From Dimorphilus gyrociliatus (taxonomy: Eukaryota; Animalia; Annelida), in assembly GCA_904063045.1 (NCBI GenBank), contig CAJFCJ010000012.1, positions 1,798,001-1,862,000 of the forward strand: DNA of 64,000 bases, in the 5' to 3' direction. Under the pieces are notes generated by a model that saw only the letters and a list, made by a program, of their open reading frames with translations, was not told the DNA's origin and did no database searches. The stretch's first letter is position 1. Each line of letters opens with the position of its first letter. A program made the translations under genes and the position numbers. Of this stretch, positions 11,389 to 26,982 are shown one piece after another.

Positions 11389-14300
11389 ATGCAAAAAAAT
11401 TGTTGGCAGTTCTGTGATCTCAAGCATCTTTTGTTCATTTGTGTCTGCTTCTTACTAATTTTTATTGTGGGAACTTCATCAGATGATACCGATACAGGTA
11501 ACAAACTTTCTCATTTATCATATACCCTACCTAACTAATAAAGAAAATTTAAACATCTGTTCATTCAATCAATAAGATTTTTAGATTCGAGAAACAGATT
11601 GTCAATTAAATCCAGTTTTTTGAGACATTTCCTCGTTGATAAACTATTAGTAAATTAGATGAAGGGTCAATAAATTTACTTTTTTTCTTTACAACATTTG
11701 TTTAGAAGAGAGTATTCTCTTATTTTTTTTAAAGTCATCGTTATGTCAGTGACAGCAATTATCAACAGTTGTTACGCCAGAGACCAATTTGTAGGAAAAT
11801 ATTTACTCTACGACAGATATGAAGTCAGACCATTCACCAATAACTTTTAAAAAAGATAGCGGAGGCTAAGCATATGTCGAAATTGCTTTATAAGAGATAT
11901 ATATTCTTTTTATATGTATTGATCTTTGGCATTCCGTTGTAGAAAACTTAATTGAGACTTAGACATAGCGTGATAAAGATTTAGATTAGTCTTATTAAAT
12001 TTTTTTTTTATTCAAGCAACATATAATGCTAAGAATATCCAAAATAGTCCAGTTTCACTAATATATTTACTGCGAAATAGGCAATAATCCATAAAAAAGG
12101 GATACTCCCTTGTAATCTTAAAAAATCCACGATGTTTTTTAATTTTATCTACAAGAATCGTTTTTCGTTCCCTCTCAATTAATTTCATTCATTTTGTTAC
12201 AGCAGCGTGTATTGGTGGTGATAGAAAAAATTGCATACCAACCGACAAAGTTGGATATGATTCTATAAAAACACTCCATATGCAAATTGACGATGATAGG
12301 AATGGCAAAGTTGACTTTTCAGAAAGTGATGAGGTAATAGTAAAACACACACACATATATATATATATATATAGATAATTTTTTCCTGTTGATCTTATTT
12401 TAACTTATATTATTTATAATTATTATTTATTGTCATCTTTTTTACAATTTTCCTATTCGAATAAATGTTACAATTTTAATTTTACATAAGAAGGTATATA
12501 TATTATATTTTCTCTTTACTATTCCTTGTAAAAAAAAAGCTCTATTCTTAACTCTATATATACTGTTTATTGTATATATATTTTATTTGTTTTATCCTTT
12601 TTTAGGTGTATTTATGTGTGAATGTTTGCATATATATACATGATATATATTTTTACTGTATATATGTATGTGTATTTTTTACAGTTTTTAAATGTAAAAA
12701 TGGTATTTATCGTGACTATTGTATTCTCATTGATTTATTTTTTTTTTTTGCTGTTATATTTTTTATATTTTTGGTTATTTATTTTTATTTTAAATCAATT
12801 TTTCAATTTTTTTTTTTTACAAGTTGTAATATAGAATGAGTTTTGGTTATATTTTATATTACTAACTTACAGTTTATTCGGGACGAATTAAAATATGAAG
12901 ATGGCTTCCATCGTCATAATAACTTTCACAATAACGATGCTCAGATTAGTGTTGAGGAATTATGGAAATCGTGGACAAGTAGCGACGGTAGGCCTTAATT
13001 TTATTTTTCTTTTTTTTTGTAAAATAATCTTTAAAAGTACCATTTTGAAGACATTGATTAAATTACAGTTTATAACTGGACTGTTGATGATGTGCTAGAT
13101 TGGTTGGTAAATGATGTACAGCTAGGACAGTACTCTGAACAATTTCGAATAAACGCAGTGGATGGAAAAACGTTACCACGATTAGCTTCCACTTCAACTT
13201 ATGTAACGAAAATCTTAGGAATAAAAAATGCTGTTCATAGCAAAAAATTAACTGTTAAAGCCATGGATGTTGTATTATTTGGATCTTCTAATAGTATGTA
13301 TAGCATATTTTCATACTTCATGACGTTAATTGTAATAGATACATTTATATGAAAAAAAACTCATATTCGTGATAATTTATTATTCAGGGAGACACAATTA
13401 CGTTAAGGATGCTATATTAGTAACTAGTTTATTGGTTGCAATTGGAGGCTGTTGGCTAGCTTACTTACAACACAAATATTCTCAAGTTAAAGTAAGAAAA
13501 GTGCTAGAAGAATTAAACTCCCTACAAGAAGCTGAAGATAAATATAAAGAAATGAAAGAAAAGTACATATTAATAACAACGATATTTATATATATATATA
13601 TTTATACATAGAATTTAATAATTTATTGGGTAAAACGTATAATAGATAGGTACAATTGTACAATCGAAAGGTTAAAGTGTTGTAGTAATCTCTTACTTAG
13701 TCAAATACTGTGAGGTTTTTATCTTCTATTTAAAAAAAAATAACAGATTTTTGCACTTAGACCAAAGATCAATTATATGAAACCAAATATTTACAAAGTC
13801 ATTTTTTGGGTGTTAAACAATTGACTATAAATATATATATTTCATTTCGCCCTTGTTTTTTATTTATTAGGTTAAAACAAGCTGAAGTTGAACAAACAAA
13901 TGTTAAAGAAGAGAAGGAAAGCTTAGAAACAAAATTAAAAACAGAAGTGGAATCATATAAACGGGAGGCAAACAGACTACGAGAACAACGAGAAACAACA
14001 CAAGAAGAAATTTGTCGTTTAAAATTGGCAGAGGAAGAGTTAGAACAGGTTAGGAACGCATTAAGGAATGCTGAAAGGGAAGTTGAAGAGTTATGCTCAT
14101 CGCCGGTCTCTTATTCTGCTGAATTACAATATCTACTTCAACTTACATATGAAAATGAAATGCTCATATGTCAACAAAAAAGGGAAGCAGCAGAAAAAAG
14201 ATTATATGAAGTGAAAGAGATGTTTGAGAAAATGACAAAGAAGAAGGGTGCTTTTAGTTCCTTGAAGATAGCACATTCTAATTATTTGGATAATACTAAG

Positions 14301-15734
14301 TTAAATATAGAAAGTGCTAAGAATTCAATAGACATTACGAATAGAGAAATGCAGGAATCTAGTTATAGATGGTTACAAATTGAAAAATTCTGTGGATTCT
14401 CTATAAGAAGAAACAAAGGAAGATTTTTTCTTCAAAACCATCTTTATACTAAACATGGATTTCCATATGGTAAATTATTATTTTTCCTGAAGTTATTCCA
14501 ATTATATTTATATATAAGTATGTATATTTTTATTTACTTTATAAAACAGCTGACTCTAAAAATACTGGTAGTTCGCTAACCTTTTCTGACTCGCCAGAGG
14601 ACGAGATACCTCCAACAGGTAGTATCATATCTTAAATATTTTATGTTCAATATTTATGTATATACGCAATATGTATATAATAGCAATGTGCTTTTATTTC
14701 GCATAAGGCATTTTATCACTTTTTTTTTATTTTAATACTTCTACACAAAATAAATAGTTTCTATGGCTTACACTTTCTCTATTTACTAATAAAATACTAT
14801 CTCTTTTCTCGCTAACCGACAGAGCATCTCGTTTATCCGAAACTCATGCAAGCCGGTCTTCAGTTAACTGCTGTAGGATTAAATCATAATTATTGTAAAA
14901 TTCATTCAGGTGTGTAAAAAATAAAAAAAAAATTGAACTAAAATGGAAAGATTTTGTCTGTCTGACTTTATTCTATCAAAATGTATCGGCAGTTTGTTAC
15001 TGATAAAGGACAAAAAAAAGATAAAACTTGTTCAAATATTCACTCTTTATTATTTTATCTCTCTTTTTATTTTTAATAATTCTCTTTAACTAGTTCTATA
15101 ACATTTTATCTCATGTTGATCAATCTTGCTTGTCTAACAGCATGCCAAAATGTGAAGCGCATTGCCAGTAGTAAAAACATGTGTACGTACTTAATCACTT
15201 TAATTTTTTTTTTTTGACATTAAAATCTCCCTAACGCTGCTTCTTTTATAGTACCGTTAGGTGAACAGCACATCCTTGTCAGATCGCATACTGTACCTCC
15301 TGGAGCACTTCTCGATAATAGTGATACAGAATCAATTCCAGAGTCGAAGAGTTTGGATAGCAATCAGGTGCTATTCGATCTCGGCTTTTCAGACGAGTAA
15401 GTAAATAGTTTACCTTTAGCCTTACCTACTCTCCTTTATAAGTTTACAAGTCTAAATCACTTATATTACTTTTTCTATTTATTATATGCTATTTCTCTTT
15501 TGTGTCTTAAGATCCCCGGACGATCCTCGCTTCAGGACGAGCTCGTTCAAATCGAATTCAGTAGCACATAAACCCACCAATTTCTCTAAAACAAATAAGA
15601 AATCTTCCGGAGATAGCCTACAGAAACGCGAGTCTAGCGACGTAGAATCAAACGGTTCGCTGGCGAACGATGAAAAAAACAAGAAAAAAAGTGGTCTAAA
15701 ACTGTTTAAAATTGGCAAGCAAAAAGTTACTTGA
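11389..15734 (+). CDS. STIM1: Stromal interaction molecule (ER Ca2+ sensor); N-terminal exon structure uncertain
   Basis: EF-hand (IDDDRNGKVDFSESDE), SAM domain (YNWTVDDVLDWL...KAMDVVLFG), TM (AILVTSLLVAIGGCWLAY), coiled coils/CAD, and a Lys-rich C-terminus (KKKSGLKLFKIGKQKVT*). Confidence 0.92.
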
Positions 15735-16317
15735 ACGGGGAATAAATATACAATTTTTTAAAACCTATAAACTTACGACTTAAAAAGTATTGATTATATT
15801 CAATTTGTTTTTGCTTTTTTTTTAAAATTTCTCTGGCTCACTGCATTTAACAAAAACAAACAAAAAATATATACCGAGATACAGTGTTATTTTATAGTAT
15901 AGACAAATCAATATATTGTATCAATTAGTTTTTTTTCCTGTCACTTTTCTTTGCAATCTCTCTCTCAGCAGTTCTTATAATTTTTATTCAACCTATATAT
16001 ATATATATATGTATACAGTATCTACAAGAAATGTTTTAAACGTTTGAGGAAGAGAAAACAAAGATTTTTTAATCAATACCAATTACACAAATATTCAATT
16101 TTTCTTTTTAAAATATAATTCAAAATATATTCAAAATATTGTAATTTTAGTGAATTTATTCTTTTTCTCCTCGGAAATACAATACCATGTGTTTTTCTTT
16201 TTTTGTGTTTAAACAAATAAAGTTAAAATTAAAAGAAAATTTGTTGAAATCAGGTTAAAAGTTTAATTTATCGTATTTTATGAATTAGAGGAAAACACTT
16301 TTTGTGGGGTTTAGGAT

Positions 16318-19600
<3,283 letters not shown>

Positions 19601-19810
19601 CTTTAACTGTAAATATGTAAATCTGGAATTGATGGCGACCTTGAAACCACGTTTATAAGATCTGGGATATCCAAGATTGTTAAGCAGTGTCTCGAAAAGG
19701 CGCATTAATTATAAATTACAGAAGGAGATTAATACTTTTATTAACTTTCACTTGAATATGTATATAAATACTGATTTATATGAACTTGGAATATATTCTA
19801 ATGAAATTTC

Positions 19811-21080
19811 CTAATAGTGTGTATTACATTTTTTATTAATATATAACCAAAACGTGTATTCGTCTGTAGAAGTTGGTAAATCTGTTTCTCCGCTTCTTCT
19901 TTCGGGACACCATATGTATAGGCTAGGCTTAGTACGATTATTTTCCGTATTACCAGTCCTGAATATCTAAAAGGATTTGTTTAGGGGAATGATCAGAAGA
20001 ATAAAAATAAGAGTACGAAAAGGTTAACCTTATGCCAAAGCCTTTTAATAATTATTTGTCTACAATCGCAAAAGATCAATCCCCTCATATAGATTTTTGA
20101 GGGTGACCTATAAATTAGCTTTAATCTATCCGCCCTACTCTTCGGAGTGAACAAAACAGATATATTATTGAAATTAACTAGTCTTTTAATAACGCATGGT
20201 TTGCCATTCGAATTGGTGATACCAAGCGTACTTGCCACGACATAAGATTTTTCAGTTCTTCCTGCCAAGCGGGCTTTTACAGTTACATCTCGAATTCTCC
20301 TCCTATAGAAACCTTTTCCACTTGGACAATGGCTATAATCGAAAAGCTTTATCCAGTATATAGCAGAACCACGTTTTAAAGTTGTTAAATACAACATTCC
20401 AGGATCGCTTATCATGAAAGTCATATCTAATTGCTGTTGTCAAATAAAATAACAAAGTTATTAAAGTATCATAAAAATGTTGTAGTTTGTTCAGAAAACG
20501 AGAGACGCTAATTATTGTTTGAATAGAAACGATCGTAATCCCGTTTTATGATACAAACGAAATCTAAAAACGCCCCTGGATAGATCGCCTGATATTGCAT
20601 GGTAGAAGGGTATTATTAAGGAAAAGGTGTTCAGGTGGCCGACTTTCTATAATTATTCTTCTGTCAAAGCAAGACCATATAAGAACCTTGGTTTTCTGAT
20701 CGAATAAATGAAAGTTTAAGCCGGGTAGAGATCTATCAAAGAAGCTATAAGATTGAGTAAGAGTGCACGTTATCAATGTCATCCTTTGTCTTGTATCAAC
20801 CTTATTAAGTAGATAAGAGAATGTTGAGCACGTTTTAGGTTGATGTAAAGTTGTTTTATTGCAAATATAGACTAAAACAATCGCTTTTTCGCCGATAGTT
20901 TTATTGCAGTTGCAAGCCTCGTACATCTATACAAATGTTCAGTATTCATTAGTTAATTATAGCTATTTACTGATAAGGTATAAAATCATTTGATATCACT
21001 GGTAAAAGACTCTGAGAAAGAACTATAGTAGGTAGTATCAACATCAAAACAATAATAGAAAATGAACCGGTGTACGTCAT
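19811..21080 (-). CDS. Putative secreted, basic, Cys-containing protein of unknown function (4 exons)
   Basis: Signal-peptide-like exon MTYTGSFSIIVLMLILPTIVLSQS (ATG at 21080) splices into ORFs 20564-20926 and 19993-20424, then a last exon IFRTGN...CNTHY*. Some donors are weak. Confidence 0.5.
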
Positions 21081-22017
21081 ATTCAGTAATTTTTATCAAT
21101 AACTTTTCCATTCACAAATATTCTTTTATTTTTAAAATAATAAATAAATTTAATATTTGATAAACAAAATTATAACCAATTTAGGCCTAATATAATATCA
21201 TGTATATTTATATATTTTTATATGTAAATATATAGGCCTTTGTGACATCTTAAACGGAATGTTAAAAGGCGTTAGATTATATAACATTTCCCCTTCTTTC
21301 TCCTTTCTACTTCTCCCTTTCTATTGAAGAAAATAAGCCAAATTTTCTCTATTAACTGTCTTTGAACTTAAGTTAATTACCTTAAACGGCGGATAATAGT
21401 CATTTTTACCGTAACTGCCTCTGTTTTTATTTAAAACAATACGTTTGAGTTGTTTACTCTCTATTTAATACCGAAATCTGATTTAAAAAGGGAGAATTCC
21501 CGATTGCTCATAAGGATTGCTCTACTTTATAATTTATATTTAGATAATTTATCCTATTTCTCTTTTTTTTCTCCTTTCGTTTCTCTAATAAAAGACCGGA
21601 CAGGGCACTTTCCAAAGAATTCAAGAATCTACTAATGACCTCCATTGGGACGGAATTGTATGCCTTTTATGGCTCCCGTACAAAATACGCCGTTTAGATT
21701 GTGTGTGGCGCTAATTGGCCCTGTCTCTTGATCACTAGTCAAAATCAACATGATCAATATATAACGTCAATATTATATAAGTTATTTTTTCTTGTATAGT
21801 TTATGTTTTTCTTGTAATTATTACGTTATATAATTGTTTACATTTGCTAGAAATGGTTCCTAAAATAATAAAATACCAAAAAATGATCAAAGGATAAGAA
21901 TTGAGTGTTTTTTTTCCCTTTTATATAAATAATATATTCCTCTTAAGAAAATCATTTCCCTTATTTTTACTAGTTACTTCTTTTTTAAATTAATAATATA
22001 CACTGAAAATATATCGC

Positions 22018-23155
<1,138 letters not shown>

Positions 23156-24503
23156 CTGTAACAAAGCGGAATAAACCGTTAGTAAAACATGAAAACGCTC
23201 TATTTTACTCAATTAACTAATTAAATCATCGTACGACTTTAATCTCAACCGCCTTTTGTCTTTGAAGTGACCTATTCGATTCGAGTGCTCTCGCTAATCA
23301 ATGCGTCTGCAATTCGATATAAACAACCACCTGTTCGATTGCTAATTACGATAGGAAATGGAAAAGGGAATATTGGCGTAGTAAACTTGTCATTTTAATT
23401 AGCACGCTCCAATTTTTCCATAGAAGGAAGGTGGAAGAAAAAAAAATAAATAAAAAGGAGTGCATAAAAGGAAAACAAGAGTCGATTTTCGCCTAAAGCA
23501 ACAATTATACGGATGTATTGAAATCGCCACGCAGCTACGAATTGTAACGCGTCACTGCTAAACAACTTTCGTTTCGCATTTATCTGCTTCAGGCTAAGTG
23601 TCATACACTTCCTAACTCCGGCGAGCCTTAAACAGACTAGGAAGTTACGTAATATTATACATAACGACCATTCGAGAAAGAACAAGTGGAAAAGAAGCCC
23701 CTCCTACCCAAAACCACGTGACCTCGCTGCACGTGACTAGACGCGAGATCCAACTGAACAACTCATTCGGGAAACAGCAAGTTTCGACACACTTCCGACT
23801 GGTAAGTTGAATAGTTTTAATTAGATTGGACTATAGAACGACGTTCAAGTTTTACAACATGACGGGTTTGAACTGATGTGTCAGTCATAGAAATGACAAA
23901 CGTGACATTTATAAGTAGCAAGTTTCAAATTCGGTGAAATCAGTACAAATATTTCACTACTCGTCGAACGTCATCGTTGATTTATTCGGTTTACTTAGAA
24001 AACGAAAATTCTTAAGATAATGTCTTGCACAGATAAAAGAAATTTTCGTTGGCTGAACATTCTCTGCTATTCAGAAAAGCATCGTTCTATAACAACAGCA
24101 TCTACTTATAGTAGCGATCTCTCTGGAAATTTTAACTTTTGGGTAAGTTGAATAATTCATAATCTACAGTAAATAGAAGTATTTAACTCTATTCGTAAAT
24201 ATTTGAGGAAATACTCTCTAACCATATGCTAAGGATTAAGAACGATATTCATTTAAGCGGTTTCGGAAGGACCAATAAATGACGTAACGATATTTAAGAA
24301 TTCTTTCTTAACTTACGCAACATCATTCAAAATAGTATTAAACCGATTAAAAGAATTATAAAAAAGCTAAATTCTGTAGCTCAGTAGGAAGCTTTACAGA
24401 GAATGTCACGTTTTCTATCCACCTATTAATTGCTCTTTCTTCTCTTTAACAGGAAATCACGTTCTCTTCTTCGCAACTTTCACAACAAAATTCTAGTTAT
24501 ACC

Positions 24504-25340
24504 ATGGACCGTTGGACACCCAAGACTAGCCCCAGGTACTCCCACAACTATTCTCTCCCACCGGTTAACGATAAGTCCACCAGCCTCTGGGAATCTACGG
24601 ATGATTTGTTCATCGATATGACTCCCTCTGATAAAAACTCTTCTTCAAGTGATGGTGTTACCCTTCCGGGCTATTCGGATTCCTCTGAAAATTCTTCATT
24701 CTATATGCATACCAGCTCAGTGAGTGATGATGCACCCTCCGAGTTGGATAAAGCAATTTGTTTTGATAAATCGGAATTAGATTTTACTGTAAGTGATTGT
24801 GAGCCCGCAACCCCTGAAAAAAGATCTTTTCTTCAAATTTCGGATTTTTCACCAATTTCTAGTAGTAGTGATAGTGAATTTAAGACAACATATGCAGGAA
24901 GTACTCCTTATACAAGCAGACCTAATGCTATTGGTCGAGAGGAAGTTTACTATGAAGAGACAATGTACAGGAAAACTCTAAATTCTCAAGTACCCTGCTT
25001 GGATTGTAGCAGACACTACATCAAGTCACCTAAAAGACTGAACTTTTCCAATCGAAAATCATCCAAACGGTATAATGATGAAAATGAAGGTCAATCGAAA
25101 TATTCTAGTAAGATATCAAGACCTCTTCAACGTCAGCCTCTTCAACAAATTCAAAATGCCCCCTTCGTCTACGACAGCCAATGTCATTTCAGCTGTAGTA
25201 ATGACAGCCACGTTTGTGAGTGTGGCTTGAATTGCGGTAGAGATTCTATTGAAAATCGTCTAAGAAAAACAGCTCTATACCTAAACCACAGAGCAAAAGA
25301 GGAGCCAAGCGATAATTTTCAATTTATGGGACATATTTAA
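24504..25340 (+). CDS. Uncharacterised Ser-rich, probably disordered protein with D-box and RxL motifs
   Basis: 278-aa single-exon ORF. A 5'UTR intron is likely (donor ctg/gtaagt near 23802, acceptor tttaacag near 24452). Motifs SPKRLNF and RQPLQQIQN. Confidence 0.65.
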   Translation: MDRWTPKTSPRYSHNYSLPPVNDKSTSLWESTDDLFIDMTPSDKNSSSSDGVTLPGYSDSSENSSFYMHTSSVSDDAPSELDKAICFDKSELDFTVSDCEPATPEKRSFLQISDFSPISSSSDSEFKTTYAGSTPYTSRPNAIGREEVYYEETMYRKTLNSQVPCLDCSRHYIKSPKRLNFSNRKSSKRYNDENEGQSKYSSKISRPLQRQPLQQIQNAPFVYDSQCHFSCSNDSHVCECGLNCGRDSIENRLRKTALYLNHRAKEEPSDNFQFMGHI

Positions 25341-25823
25341 AATGAACTTGTAAAAAATTTCTTCGAAGAGGCCATTAAATCTTACTTACGGATTCTGTGG
25401 AAACTGCTCATTCCCTTTGTTTTCATAGTAGTATCCAAACTCAGACATGTTTGTCACTTGTTCCACGTCTTCTGAGCGAAAAAGAGTGATTTGTACAAAT
25501 TTTCCTAAAATCAGTATTAATTGTAAATAAAATTTTAATCTTATTAAATATATGAGTTATTTATTTAAAATATTAATCAAAATTACTTTGGTTTATTACC
25601 AATTTAAAGTGACAAACTAAAAAATCTAGGTATAAACTTTTTGATGACAACCGGTAGATGGCGCGTTCCACATAGAGAGAATTTCGTCAAAAAAACTTAA
25701 AACACCAAATAATTTTTTTAGACGCAAAGCTTATTTAATATTTTTCTTTAAAATTAGAATGTCTCTTTGATTAAATTTTTCTTTATATTTTTTAATTAAC
25801 GTTTCGGAAAATGGTGAAATCAA

Positions 25824-25834
25824 CTTCCTTTTCC
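25824..25834 (+). promoter_or_regulatory. TCT/5'TOP pyrimidine tract starting the non-coding first exon of RPL9
   Basis: CTTCCTTTTCC(GG), then a short exon ending gaag/gtatgc (intron 25851-26014 ends right before the ATG). Confidence 0.75.
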
Positions 25835-26014
25835 GGTCGAGCCGCTGAAGGTATGCAACGTTTTATTAAAAATCTTTTAAAATCCTTATAAAAAGAACGA
25901 ATTAAGTTAATCAAACGACAAATTCTTATGTAAAATTGCAATCCTTTGTCAACTGTTGCCTTATTGGAATTATTACATTTGCAATTATGATGAATTATTT
26001 GTTTATCTATCAGA

Positions 26015-26787
<773 letters not shown>

Positions 26788-26982
26788 GTTCGTTGCTTGT
26801 ACACTGAAAGCGAGACATTCAATTCAATACACTTTTTGAATGATAAAATTTGGTTAATGCTTAATGCTTATAACTCATCTGTTTGTGGGGTTGCGGATGT
26901 AATGTTTAATATCCCGCTAGATTGAAAGCGAAGACTATGAGTATTAATTTATTCTAATCAACAATTTATTGAAATCAAAAAA

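Noticed and set aside
21661-21672. GCCTTTTAT resembles U5 snRNA loop I (GCCUUUUAC)
   Set aside because: The invariant C differs, and neither the U5 stem context nor an Sm site is present.
23625-23645. GCCTTAAAC resembles the U12 snRNA 5' end
   Set aside because: The essential branch-point recognition sequence AGUAAGGA and the downstream U12 structure are absent.
25851-26014. RPL9 first intron contains ATGATGA and an AATTGCAA/TTGCAATT stem
   Set aside because: The C-like box sits at the intron 3' end with no following D box, and there is no valid H/ACA layout.
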